Below are positions 16,893 to 26,858 of a DNA stretch of 32,000 bases, one piece after another. The translations under genes and the position numbers were made by a program. Position 1 is the stretch's first letter. Each line of letters begins with the position of its first letter. Where the stretch lies: the NCBI RefSeq assembly GCF_008000775.2, contig NZ_CP042905.2, positions 150,001 to 182,000 of the forward strand. Reading direction: 5' to 3'. The DNA is from Promethearchaeum syntrophicum (lineage in GTDB: Archaea; Asgardarchaeota; Lokiarchaeia; Sigyniarchaeales; Promethearchaeaceae). Under the pieces are notes generated by a model, which was not told where the DNA came from, made no database searches, and saw nothing but the letters and a program-made list of their open reading frames with translations.

Positions 16893-18965
16893 ATGCGAAA
16901 AAAAAAATTCAAACCAATAGTTATACTTGATGATGCAAAAGAAAAAAATACACTGAAAATCAATTGTAAAGATTGTGAAGGTAAAAAAAACATAGAAAAA
17001 TGCTTAACATGCATTCTATTTACACTAAATGAAATCAATCCTGTTAAATTTTCTGATATCTCATTAAATTCATCACTTTCTTTAAAAACTGAAGAAAAAC
17101 ACTTAATATCTCTCCTATATGTTCTTTATTCCAGTTTTAAAAAAAAATTTTCATTAATTTCTTGTTCAATTGATAGGGAAACTTGTCAGAAAGAGAAAAT
17201 AAATAATATTTTTTTAAAAAAATTTAATGAAAAGGGATTTATTGATATATTGGAGTTTTTTTTCAGTCAACCAATAATAGAAGGCCCATCTTCAAGCATA
17301 TCTTCACCTTGTTATCTATGTTTAAAAAGAATTACTAAAAAACTTAGATTTTTTCAAAGAATTTATAAAAATTCCCATTTCTATCAATATATTTTATCAA
17401 AATATGGTATTTTAAAAATTTCAACAGATTTCTTCCGCAATCTTTTTCCCACTTTAAAGGAGAATCGTAATCATAAACCTTTTTTAATAAATATTGAAAA
17501 ATTCGATAAGCAAGAAGAATATCAGTATTTTAATCAATTGTTTGATGTAATAATTTCTAATAAAAAAAATTGTCCAGAAAGAAGGTATTTGGTAAAATAT
17601 AATATTCCAAAAAAAATATTAGATAGTTCAGAAATGCTACTAAATTTCTTTAAAAATAAATTAAATGATTTAAATTTTACAAATTTCACGAATTTAGGAA
17701 AAAAAATTTGTTATTTAAAAGATCAAATACAATCCTTGGTTCCAAATTATATCCCTGATTTGGATTTAAATGATTCAAAAAAAGTCTCTTTCATTCTTAC
17801 GATTAAATACCTTAATATTGAGAAAATTTTTCCATTATTAACTGATCCTTTTATAGAAGAAATTTTCCAGGATTCAATTGAGAATAAAATTTATATTAAT
17901 CACAATAAATATGGTCGTTGCTTGACTCATATTCAATTGGATATTAATGAATTTGAATCTTTAAAAACTCACTTGATATTAGAAAGTAAACAGAGATTAG
18001 ATGAACAACACCCAAGTTTAGTTCATTTTATGAATAATTCTTTCTTTCATTCTCGCTTTTCAATCGATATAGCACCTTCACATTGGAAAAATATTGCTTT
18101 AGATATAAGAAAATTGAACAAAATGGTTTATACACTAAGTGATCTTATTAAACTGAGAACTTTATCAATTGAAATGGCAAGTTTCTTAGTATTTTGTATT
18201 TTATTCAGAAAAAATATTACAATCGTTGGTGAAGTTAATTCTGGTAAAACAACATTCCTAAATGCTTTGGATTTGTATGCTCCTAAAGAATTTAGGAAGA
18301 TTTACGTTGAAGAAACAATTGAAACATTAGAATTCCCTACTGATTCAGCCCATCAATTGAAATATGTAGTTGATTCCGATTATAATGATGAAAATAACAG
18401 TAAGGAAAAAGAAATTTATAAGTTATTACATAGATCTGGGGATTTAATTATTTTAGGAGAGATTTTAAATAAATTAGAAACTGTAGCTCTTTTCCATTGC
18501 CTAAGTGCAGGATTAAGGGGATTTCAAACAACCCACGCATCTTCAATCCAAGGTTTAATTAATAGATGGTTAGTCCATTTTCAAATTGATAAAACTTGCT
18601 TAAATGATCTGGACGTTATAGTTATGATGAGAAAAATTGGAAATAGAAGAGTTGTTCAATCAATTAATGAAATAACTTATAACAGTCAAAGTGAAAAAGT
18701 TGAAATCTTTTCATTATTTAAATATAATCCAGTAAATGAGGAATGGGATTTACCTTTTCAGATAAAAAAATCAAAAATACTCAAGTCAATTAATAAAATA
18801 ATTAATTTTTCTCAAGATAAATATATTCGATTAATCTCTCAATTGAACAAAATTTTTATCGATGAAATTCGCCAAGATTTCCCTGATAACCGTAAGATTT
18901 TCCTTCCTTTAAAAAAAATCTATCATAATATTAAATCCATTGATCAAAATATAGGAGGGATTTAG
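16893..18965 (+). CDS. Type II/IV secretion-family ATPase (TadA/CpaF/FlaI-like) with a long N-terminal extension, 690 aa
   Basis: LTDPFIEEIFQD...IYINHNKYG is the conserved N-domain opener. Walker A is VGEVNSGKTTFLNAL, Walker B is GDLIILGEI, and the His box is LRGFQTTHASS. About 310 aa precede the conserved part, including CKDCEGKKNIEKCLTC (CxxC-x8-CxxC). Confidence 0.82.
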   Translation: MRKKKFKPIVILDDAKEKNTLKINCKDCEGKKNIEKCLTCILFTLNEINPVKFSDISLNSSLSLKTEEKHLISLLYVLYSSFKKKFSLISCSIDRETCQKEKINNIFLKKFNEKGFIDILEFFFSQPIIEGPSSSISSPCYLCLKRITKKLRFFQRIYKNSHFYQYILSKYGILKISTDFFRNLFPTLKENRNHKPFLINIEKFDKQEEYQYFNQLFDVIISNKKNCPERRYLVKYNIPKKILDSSEMLLNFFKNKLNDLNFTNFTNLGKKICYLKDQIQSLVPNYIPDLDLNDSKKVSFILTIKYLNIEKIFPLLTDPFIEEIFQDSIENKIYINHNKYGRCLTHIQLDINEFESLKTHLILESKQRLDEQHPSLVHFMNNSFFHSRFSIDIAPSHWKNIALDIRKLNKMVYTLSDLIKLRTLSIEMASFLVFCILFRKNITIVGEVNSGKTTFLNALDLYAPKEFRKIYVEETIETLEFPTDSAHQLKYVVDSDYNDENNSKEKEIYKLLHRSGDLIILGEILNKLETVALFHCLSAGLRGFQTTHASSIQGLINRWLVHFQIDKTCLNDLDVIVMMRKIGNRRVVQSINEITYNSQSEKVEIFSLFKYNPVNEEWDLPFQIKKSKILKSINKIINFSQDKYIRLISQLNKIFIDEIRQDFPDNRKIFLPLKKIYHNIKSIDQNIGGI

Positions 18966-18998
18966 AAAATTTCAGAAATTTTAGAAAAATTATTAATA

Positions 18999-19388
18999 AT
19001 GACATTTGGATTAACGATGTTTTTAATCATTTTCCAATTTCTAAATCCTATATTTTTGATGTTTACTCCTCTATATACCGAAGATAAACAAGATTTAGAC
19101 TATATTCATTCAGATTTGGAAAATTTTGCAAATTCGATAACAGTATTTAATAATAATAATGATCAAGAAGATTTTTTCTTAAATTTTACTTATCCTGGAA
19201 AGATCTCTGTTATTACTGACCACTACAACGAAGATATAACTACTTTGCTCTTTAGATTTTCTAATAATCGAACTATTTATAAGGAATTTCAAGTTTCTAG
19301 CGAATTTAACATTGAAATCGAAAATATATTTATTAAACAATACAACATCCGATTTTTAAATAATTCGAAGTTTATAATTTTTATCTAA
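18999..19388 (+). CDS. Hypothetical N-terminally membrane-anchored protein in the pilus locus
   Basis: It has an N-terminal hydrophobic helix (MTFGLTMFLIIFQFLNPIFLMF) followed by a soluble, beta-rich-looking domain. It sits between the ATPase and the platform-like gene. No motif was recognised, and there is no clear class III signal. Confidence 0.4.
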   Translation: MTFGLTMFLIIFQFLNPIFLMFTPLYTEDKQDLDYIHSDLENFANSITVFNNNNDQEDFFLNFTYPGKISVITDHYNEDITTLLFRFSNNRTIYKEFQVSSEFNIEIENIFIKQYNIRFLNNSKFIIFI

Positions 19389-19396
19389 AGAGATTA

Positions 19397-20932
19397 GTGA
19401 ATCTAATGACTTGGAAAAGCGAATTTCTTCAAAAATTTACATTTTTATGTCAGAAATTTCATACTTCAATTGAATTCATGAAAGAGCTGGAAGAAGATAT
19501 TAGTAATTATGATGAAATAATTTTACATGAGTTTAGTTTATCTTACAATCAAAGAAGGAAAGGAGCAATTGCAATTACACTTGTTTATTTATTTTTAATT
19601 AACCTTGTATACATTATTTTTTCATTTTCTTTGTCTTTTTTTTTCATTTTCATTACTCTAGGTCTCATGATATATATATATTTACTTGATATCCATAAGA
19701 ATTTTGTCCAATTTAAAGAAAATTCTAACACTAACAAATATCATTTTTTATCATTACAAATGAATATAATTTTATTGAGTATCAAAGAAATGGAAGATAA
19801 AAACTTAATTCTAATGGAGATTTTAGAACAAGAACCCGAAATTGGAATTAATATTCGAAAAGTTTTATCTAAAATTAATTTGGGACATAATATCAAGAAC
19901 AATTTGAAAAATATAATTTTTTACTCCCCTTCATTTAACGTATATTTTAGAGATCTCCTAGAATCGAATTATAATTTTGAAATTATTGAAAATATTGATT
20001 CTTTCCAGAATTATTATGAAAACAAATTTGAGATTTTTATTAATTCATTAGACACTCGTTTAAGTCTCTTCTTTTTCTTCAACCTTTTTTTTCCAATTGG
20101 TTTTCTTTTTATGTTTTCCATTAATTCTCTAACATATGAGCAAGTCCTAATTGCAATATTCTTGTTTATTCTAATTCAAAAAATTTTTATCCGTAAAATT
20201 TTAAATGAAAAAATTCAACTTATTGGAGGGATTAATTCTCTAAAAAGTGAGGATAAAAAATTTTTAAAAAGTTTTTTAAAGTTTTTTTATCATTTTTCTA
20301 ATTATTTGTCTTGGAATCCTCCTGAACTTGCACTTTATCAATCAATTTTAAAATTGTCACCGAAAGAAAAATCAAAATTGAATCTTGATAAATATAATTT
20401 TAGTTTAGATTTCAAATCTTTAAACCAATTTCTAAAAACAATATTTCTTAATTTTCAATCATCTTCAGCTAAAATCTTTTATACCGTGATTAAGAGGATT
20501 TTTCGTTTAAATTCTTCTCAAAGTCCTAATCTTTTTAGAGATATGTCAAAAATTATTCACAAACATATGGAATTGGGTGACAAACAAGAAATTGCCTATA
20601 ATAGTTCTTACATCAAGGTTATAATCTTTAAAATTCTATTAGTTTTCATTTTAGGAATTTTAACACCTATAATTTATAGATTTCAAGAAATATCTCAATT
20701 GCTTTATAATTTTAATTATTTGGCAGAAATTATCGATAATATGTATAGTTTAGATAATTATTTCTTGACAATTTTTATATCTTTAATATTTATTTTTATT
20801 TCAATCCAATCGTTTAATGAAGTTTACAATTTTAAGGATAGTAAGAAACTGGATTATTTCTTAATTCTGATGTTTTTTATTTGTTTAATTACTTCAACCT
20901 TTTTGTGGAATTCACTAATATTTTTCTCATAA
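19397..20932 (+). CDS. Polytopic membrane protein, probable TadB/TadC/FlaJ-like pilus platform protein
   Basis: The protein is 511 aa, with hydrophobic clusters separated by two cytoplasmic helical regions, which is the bipartite layout expected of T2SS-F/FlaJ-type proteins. It lies immediately downstream of the secretion ATPase. The call rests mostly on context. The start is GTG at 19397 or ATG at 19406. Confidence 0.5.
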   Translation: MNLMTWKSEFLQKFTFLCQKFHTSIEFMKELEEDISNYDEIILHEFSLSYNQRRKGAIAITLVYLFLINLVYIIFSFSLSFFFIFITLGLMIYIYLLDIHKNFVQFKENSNTNKYHFLSLQMNIILLSIKEMEDKNLILMEILEQEPEIGINIRKVLSKINLGHNIKNNLKNIIFYSPSFNVYFRDLLESNYNFEIIENIDSFQNYYENKFEIFINSLDTRLSLFFFFNLFFPIGFLFMFSINSLTYEQVLIAIFLFILIQKIFIRKILNEKIQLIGGINSLKSEDKKFLKSFLKFFYHFSNYLSWNPPELALYQSILKLSPKEKSKLNLDKYNFSLDFKSLNQFLKTIFLNFQSSSAKIFYTVIKRIFRLNSSQSPNLFRDMSKIIHKHMELGDKQEIAYNSSYIKVIIFKILLVFILGILTPIIYRFQEISQLLYNFNYLAEIIDNMYSLDNYFLTIFISLIFIFISIQSFNEVYNFKDSKKLDYFLILMFFICLITSTFLWNSLIFFS

Positions 20933-21000
20933 ATTCTAAATATTGAAATCAATGAAAAAATGAATAAAAAAGATGAAAATTTTAACAATAAATTAAAATT

Positions 21001-21264
21001 TCAGAAGATTCCTAATTTAATTGCTAAATCTGCTGCAGAATCATTGGGGTGTAATTTAACAAGTGCCTTTTTTTCCCCACTAGGAGTAATCAGAGTGTTA
21101 ATTTTAATAATTTTTACACTATATAAATTCTCAATAGCTTGTTTAATTTGGAATTTATTGGCAGATCGTTCAACTATAAATACTAATTTATTTTGATCTT
21201 CAATTAGATCAAATGTATTTTCAGTAACTAAAGGTTTTTTAATTATTGCATAATAATTGACCAT
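21001..21264 (-). CDS. rpl23: 50S ribosomal protein uL23
   Basis: IIKKPLVTENTFDLIEDQNKLVFIVERSANKFQIKQAIENLYSVKIIKINTLITPSGEKKALVKL is collinear with archaeal L23. Confidence 0.93.
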   Translation of the reverse strand: MVNYYAIIKKPLVTENTFDLIEDQNKLVFIVERSANKFQIKQAIENLYSVKIIKINTLITPSGEKKALVKLHPNDSAADLAIKLGIF

Positions 21265-21268
21265 TTGT

Positions 21269-22057
21269 TTAGTTCACCTCAAACTTTTTTAATTGGTTAA
21301 ATGCAGATTGAGTCCATATAGTCAATCTCCCGCAATGTGTACCCGGAGCTAAAAGATTACAATTAAGGTTTTCAAATTTAATTATATCAATTCCAGGAAT
21401 ATTTCTAGCTGCTTTGTAAATTCCGAAATTATCCTTTATAACAATTAAAGGTCCTTTCCGTTTTTTATATTTTCTCCCTCGACGTTTCCCTTTACCAGCA
21501 CGAATTGACACATTATCTTTAACTCGTTTTAATTCTTCACTTAAACCAATTTTATTAAGAACATCAATGATTTGGGTAGTTTTTTTAATTGTTTGTAGTT
21601 TATCATCAATTATAATTGGTAAAACTGTTTTTTTGTCTATTCTATGTCCACGCTTAACAACAAATTCATGTTTTTCTGTAGCAGAAATTGCAGATAAAAG
21701 AGCAGAATGTTTTTCCTTTCTATTTATTCTCTTTACAGTTATTTTTTCAGCTCTAGGAGGATGAGCTAGCCGTCCACCTACAACACCTGGAGCAAATCCT
21801 GCATTTCGGGAAGTCATATATCCTGATCCTCTTAAACGAGGTACTCGAGCAGCTGCAAATCCTGTTCCCCAACCTAACGCTGTATTTTTTTTTCCTGCTA
21901 AAGGATCGCGCCCTTGTGGTTGTTTTTGAGCTGCTTGGGTTGAAATTACTGCACGTTCAATAAGATCTAATCTCGGAATAATTGAAAATACTTTTGGTAA
22001 ATCAATGCTTTCCTTTTTCTTTCCATCCAATCCAAGAACATTTACTTTCTTTGCCAT
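21269..22057 (-). CDS. rpl4: 50S ribosomal protein uL4
   Basis: The motifs are MAKKVNVLGLDGKKKESIDLPKVF, AARVPRLRGSGY, GGRLAHPP and GKGKRRGRKYKKRKGPL. It sits between uL3 and uL23. Confidence 0.93.
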   Translation of the reverse strand: MAKKVNVLGLDGKKKESIDLPKVFSIIPRLDLIERAVISTQAAQKQPQGRDPLAGKKNTALGWGTGFAAARVPRLRGSGYMTSRNAGFAPGVVGGRLAHPPRAEKITVKRINRKEKHSALLSAISATEKHEFVVKRGHRIDKKTVLPIIIDDKLQTIKKTTQIIDVLNKIGLSEELKRVKDNVSIRAGKGKRRGRKYKKRKGPLIVIKDNFGIYKAARNIPGIDIIKFENLNCNLLAPGTHCGRLTIWTQSAFNQLKKFEVN

Positions 22058-22067
22058 TTTTCACACC

Positions 22068-23084
22068 TTATTTCCCTTGTTGACTAAGTTTACTGAAATA
22101 TGTAATCTCCGGTACCGAAATAGTAAAATGATCCTTAGGACGCATACTATCACGTAATCTTACCAATCTCTTTTTTGGTCCAGGTACTGAACCTAAAAGT
22201 AAAATATAGTCAGATTTTATTAACCCATACCTAATAAATCCACCTTTTGGATTTACTTCATCTCCATCTTCTGAAACTTTCATTATACGTTTATTATACT
22301 CAATTCTTTGATGATAACCCATTTGTCCTGAGCGAGCTATCGTGTATAATAATTTTGGAGGTTTCCATGGCCCAATACAACCAACACGTCTTTTACCTTT
22401 ACGATTTTTCCTAGACATTAATTTTATTCCAAATTTCTTAACTGCTCCTTGAAAGCCTTTACCTTTTGAAACAGCTATTGTATCAGTTAAATTTCCTTCA
22501 GTTAAACAATCTCTAATACGCAATTCTTGACCTAACAAATCTTTTACGTATTTAAATTGTTCTTTGCTATTGCCGCCCGTTACTTTTATCTCAATTATAT
22601 CTGGTTTAATACGAGGAACACTAACTTTCCAGGGTTGAGTAGAGAAAAGCCCTCTAATTTCAACATCATCTCGGAGTTTATCTTCTAATGCTTTGATTTT
22701 CTCATTGAAATTATATGTTTCAGGATTTGGTAATTGAATTTTCCGGCTTAATTCGGGAATGATATTTGGTGCGATTACATCCCCTATTGGATTCATGCCA
22801 TATTCATCTCGAAGATAGATCCTTACTCCAAACAGATAAATTGGAGGGGTCTCAACAACTGTAACAGCCTTAACAAGTTCTTTTCCAAAAAAAGGACTTG
22901 ATTTTTGATCTTCGATAAATGCAATATGAGTCATTCCAGCCTTAAATCCCGCAAATCCTAAAAATTTAGGTTTTCCTTCGTATGTTGGCCAATGTCTAAT
23001 TCGACCTTTCCCATATCTTGAACGTTTTCTAGGTAAGTATGCGAGAGAGCCGTGACGTGGGGCGGATTGCCTTCGATGTCCCAT
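22068..23084 (-). CDS. rpl3: 50S ribosomal protein uL3
   Basis: The motifs are MGHRRQSAPRHGSLAYLPRKRS, FAGFKAGMTHI, SKGKGFQGAVKKFG and ARSGQMGYHQR. Confidence 0.95.
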   Translation of the reverse strand: MGHRRQSAPRHGSLAYLPRKRSRYGKGRIRHWPTYEGKPKFLGFAGFKAGMTHIAFIEDQKSSPFFGKELVKAVTVVETPPIYLFGVRIYLRDEYGMNPIGDVIAPNIIPELSRKIQLPNPETYNFNEKIKALEDKLRDDVEIRGLFSTQPWKVSVPRIKPDIIEIKVTGGNSKEQFKYVKDLLGQELRIRDCLTEGNLTDTIAVSKGKGFQGAVKKFGIKLMSRKNRKGKRRVGCIGPWKPPKLLYTIARSGQMGYHQRIEYNKRIMKVSEDGDEVNPKGGFIRYGLIKSDYILLLGSVPGPKKRLVRLRDSMRPKDHFTISVPEITYFSKLSQQGK

Positions 23085-23201
23085 TTATTTCACTTTATAT
23101 TATTATATGAATCTTTAAAGAATTCACACTTTCTTAAGAAAGTAATAATAAAAAGCCATGATTTTAGTTAAATTTTTCGAATTTAGTCGTAACTTGTTGT
23201 T

Positions 23202-25013
23202 CTAATCCTCATCTTTCGTAGGAATATAATAATATTCACCGATTTTTCTTTGATATTTGTCAAGGTTTGAATTAAATTTATTTACTCTAGGTCGTCCAGT
23301 TGATAAATCTCTTCTAAAAGTTATATTCATTAATCGCAAAAATTCATTCATTCCAGAGCGTAAATCTTGAGGAGGAGTTGTTATCCCTTTAATCCCAGGC
23401 TCCCCTTTAAACACAATTAACGAATCACATATAAAATCTTGAGTTATTATGTCATGCTCGACAACAAACGCAGCTTTCTTGATACTCTCGATAGATCTTC
23501 GAATAATCATAGCCATATTAAGTCGCATTTCAACATCTAAAAATGCAGAAGGTTCATCAATTAAATAAATATCGGCTTCATTTGTTAAACAATCGGCAAT
23601 TGCTACACGTTGGAGCTCTCCTCCACTTAATTCACTGATCGATCTAGCTTCAAGTTCTTCTAATCGAAATCCTTTCAAGATCCTTTTTTTATAAGGAGAG
23701 TCAAAATATGCAGAGCCTTTTATTTTTTGAAGGATTTCATATACTGGTTTATCTGGTTCATATTCAATATACTGAGATTTTAGAGAAATTTTTAAATCTT
23801 TTAAGTTTTTAACTTCATTATCTGGTTTAATTTTACCAGCAATTAAATTTATGAAAGTAGTTTTTCCGATTCCGTTTGGTCCTAAGATCCCAATGACTTC
23901 TCCAGCATGAATTTCACCACCATAAATATCCAAATTAAAGGAGCCTAATTTTTTCTTCATATCTTTAAATTCAAAAAGAACTTTAGAACTCTCAAAGCCT
24001 GTACTTATTGCAGGTCTTTGATGAAATTTGATTGCTTCTTCACGAAATCTCATGTTTTCATCTTTAATATACCCATTTAAATAAATGTTTATACCTACAC
24101 GAACTCCTTGAACATTTGAAATAATTCCATAAGCACTAGGTTGACCATATAATAAGCAAATTTGATCACTTAAATAATCTAAAATTGCTAGATCATGTTC
24201 AATAACTACCACTCTTTTTTCATCTCCAGGAAGATTTCTAATCAATTTTGCCATTTTTAAACGTTGACTTACATCTAAATATGAAGAAGGTTCATCAATT
24301 AAATAACAATCACCCTCTCGCAATAGAGCTGCTGCAATTGCAACTCTTTGCAGTTCACCGCCACTTAATACAGACAAATCTCTATCCAATATCGTTTCTA
24401 GCGAAAGTTCGGAAATAATATAATCCATATTTTTGGTTTTATCAATTTTTTTAAGTAAATCCTTTACTTTTCCTTTTACAAATTTTGGAATAGTTGTAAT
24501 CTCTTGAGGTTTATGAACAATCTTTAGAGTTTTTTCCTTTAAAGATTTTAAATAATCTTGTAAAATAGATCCTTTAAAATGATCAATAATTTGATCCCAA
24601 TCTGGGGTTTTATCTTCAAGTAAACCTAAATTCATTTTTTGATGACCGGATAAAATATTCATTGCTGTTGATTTTCCAATTCCATTTTGCCCAATTACTC
24701 CTAAAACTCTATCTTTACTAGGAAGAAGCATCCTGAATAATGTAAAGCTATCTTCAGCATATTTATGAGTCACTTCCGAATCAAGTTTTTCTGGAACATT
24801 GACAATAGTATAACAATGAAATGGACATTTTTTTACACAAATTCCACATCCAGAACATAATAATGGATTCAAATGAGGAAATCCATCTTCTCCTAAGACA
24901 ATCGTTTCATCTCCAGTACGAACTCTTGGGCAATATTTAATACAAGGTTTATTTGGAGAAGAAGAGCAATCAGTTGGTTTACATGTATCTCTATCAATAA
25001 CAGCAATTCTCAT
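23202..25013 (-). CDS. ABCE1: ABCE1 (RNase L inhibitor/Rli1) ribosome-recycling ATPase
   Basis: It has the N-terminal FeS domain (CKPTDCSSSPNKPCIKYCP, CSGCGICVKKCP). There are two ABC cassettes (GQNGIGKST / LSGGELQRVAIA / YLIDEPSSYLD, and GPNGIGKTT / LSGGELQRVAIA / YLIDEPSAFLD). Confidence 0.96.
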   Translation of the reverse strand: MRIAVIDRDTCKPTDCSSSPNKPCIKYCPRVRTGDETIVLGEDGFPHLNPLLCSGCGICVKKCPFHCYTIVNVPEKLDSEVTHKYAEDSFTLFRMLLPSKDRVLGVIGQNGIGKSTAMNILSGHQKMNLGLLEDKTPDWDQIIDHFKGSILQDYLKSLKEKTLKIVHKPQEITTIPKFVKGKVKDLLKKIDKTKNMDYIISELSLETILDRDLSVLSGGELQRVAIAAALLREGDCYLIDEPSSYLDVSQRLKMAKLIRNLPGDEKRVVVIEHDLAILDYLSDQICLLYGQPSAYGIISNVQGVRVGINIYLNGYIKDENMRFREEAIKFHQRPAISTGFESSKVLFEFKDMKKKLGSFNLDIYGGEIHAGEVIGILGPNGIGKTTFINLIAGKIKPDNEVKNLKDLKISLKSQYIEYEPDKPVYEILQKIKGSAYFDSPYKKRILKGFRLEELEARSISELSGGELQRVAIADCLTNEADIYLIDEPSAFLDVEMRLNMAMIIRRSIESIKKAAFVVEHDIITQDFICDSLIVFKGEPGIKGITTPPQDLRSGMNEFLRLMNITFRRDLSTGRPRVNKFNSNLDKYQRKIGEYYYIPTKDED

Positions 25014-25124
25014 TTTTAACTCATATTCTATATATTATCCATAATTCTTATCTTTTAGTATTTAATAACATCTAAATTTTTGATAAAATTCTTAATTTAT
25101 TGATTATTTCTTTCATCATTGAAT

Positions 25125-26858
25125 ATGGAAAAACCTAATCAAGAAAAAAAACCCCAAGACTATCCAATTCACTGGATTGAAACTATAAGCAATCAAATTG
25201 AAAAAAGAAATGCTGATCAAATAATTTTAGCGACTGGAAAAACACCCAGTGGTTATATTCATTTAGGTATTATGCGAGAATTATTAATTTGTGACGGATT
25301 ATATAGAATTTTTAACAATAAAGGCAAAAAAGTTAGATTCGTATTATTTATTGATGATTTGGATGCTGCAAAAAGATTTCCAAGTTATATCCCAAAGGAA
25401 TTTTCAAAAAAATACTTAGGTTATCCGTTTCTCTTTATTCCTAATCCAATTCTTGAAGATGATAGATGTTATGCAAGATATTTTGGAGATCACTTAATTT
25501 CAACATTTTCAGAAATGGGGATATCAGCAGATGTAATTTGGACTCATAATTTATACGAAACTGAGGAAATGAAAGAAATGATAAGGATAGGTTTGCGAAA
25601 AAATGATTTAGTCAAAGAAATTATTGCAAAATTCCTTACAAGTTCAATGACAGAGGACCAAAAAGAATCATATTTAAATCAACAGAAGAAATGGATGGGT
25701 GCAATGGTTATTTGTGAAAAATGTAAATGTACTCAAGAAAAATTAAGAGATGGAACAATAATCCCAAATAGAGTGTTGAGCTTTGATGAAGAAAAAGATG
25801 AATGCTCATATCATTGTCCTAAATGTGGTTTTGAAAATAATATAAAAATATCTAGTGGTCAACTTAAATTAAATTGGCGTTTAGATTGGCCAGCGAAATG
25901 GAAGATTTATAATACTTCTTGTGAACCAGCGGGTAAAGATCATTGTACTCCTGGAGGATCTTATGATACTGGATTAGAACTTTGTCAAAAAATTTATGAT
26001 TACCAAGGTCCAGTTAAGGTTGCTTATGAATGGGTGAGATTAGGAGATAAAGATATGGGTACTTCAAAAGGTGTTGTTTTTACTCCAGATAAATTCATAG
26101 AACTAGCGGACCCTGAAATTTTGAGAATGCTAATTTATCAAACAAATATTACAAAACATCTTTCAATTAGAATTGAAGAACTTGAACAGTATTATAATGA
26201 ATATGATCGATACGAGAGGATTTATTTTGGACACACACCCGCAAATTCTGAAGATGAATTAAAAGAAATTAAACTTCTATATCCATTAATGCAAGCTAAA
26301 AAATTACCAAAAAAGAGACCTGCTAGATTACCATTTAAGCTTTTGACTGTTTTGGCTCAATTAAAACCAATATTCGGTAACGAAATGATTATTAATAAGG
26401 CTAAAGAGTATTTTAAAAATGAAGGGATAGAACAAAAACTTGTTATTAAATCTTTTAATAAAAAAATAGAGAAAATAACCAATTGGTTAAATTACATGAA
26501 AGATTTAATTGAAAACGAGAAAAATCCTCAAGAAAAGAAGAAATTAAAAAATAAAGTTATTTTCTTTTCGATTCCAAAAAATATTACAAACGAAGTCAAA
26601 GCAAATATTAATGATTCTCAAAAGGAAGCTTTAAAGAAATTTTTAGAATATATGGGTAAGATCTCTGAATTGACTGAAGAAAATATTAAAGAAATTATGA
26701 TTAATTTAAGAAATGATTTAAAAATGAAACCAATGCAAATATTTCAAGCATTCTACTTGGTTATCTTAGGAGAAAAAAAAGGTCCAAGGTTAAGCCCGCT
26801 TTTAATTATGTTAGATAAAAATTGGATAGAAAAAAGAATTTCAGATTCAATTCATTAA
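25125..26858 (+). CDS. lysK: Lysyl-tRNA synthetase, class I
   Basis: GKTPSGYIHLGIMRELLICD is the HIGH-type motif of class I LysRS. The KMSKS-type motif is DKDMGTSKG. It has a Cys-rich insertion (CEKCKC...CPKCGFEN). The ORF track starts at a TTG at 25119. The first ATG is at 25125. Confidence 0.9.
   Translation: MEKPNQEKKPQDYPIHWIETISNQIEKRNADQIILATGKTPSGYIHLGIMRELLICDGLYRIFNNKGKKVRFVLFIDDLDAAKRFPSYIPKEFSKKYLGYPFLFIPNPILEDDRCYARYFGDHLISTFSEMGISADVIWTHNLYETEEMKEMIRIGLRKNDLVKEIIAKFLTSSMTEDQKESYLNQQKKWMGAMVICEKCKCTQEKLRDGTIIPNRVLSFDEEKDECSYHCPKCGFENNIKISSGQLKLNWRLDWPAKWKIYNTSCEPAGKDHCTPGGSYDTGLELCQKIYDYQGPVKVAYEWVRLGDKDMGTSKGVVFTPDKFIELADPEILRMLIYQTNITKHLSIRIEELEQYYNEYDRYERIYFGHTPANSEDELKEIKLLYPLMQAKKLPKKRPARLPFKLLTVLAQLKPIFGNEMIINKAKEYFKNEGIEQKLVIKSFNKKIEKITNWLNYMKDLIENEKNPQEKKKLKNKVIFFSIPKNITNEVKANINDSQKEALKKFLEYMGKISELTEENIKEIMINLRNDLKMKPMQIFQAFYLVILGEKKGPRLSPLLIMLDKNWIEKRISDSIH

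Noticed and set aside
15932-17038. Antisense ORFs 15932..16135- and 16856..17038-.
   Set aside because: They overlap the cdc6-like/wHTH genes and the ATPase gene start, and are short, low-complexity and motif-free.
20960-21196. Plus-strand 78-aa ORF.
   Set aside because: It is almost entirely antisense to the clearly identified uL23 gene.
21567-21764. Plus-strand 65-aa ORF.
   Set aside because: It is antisense within uL4.
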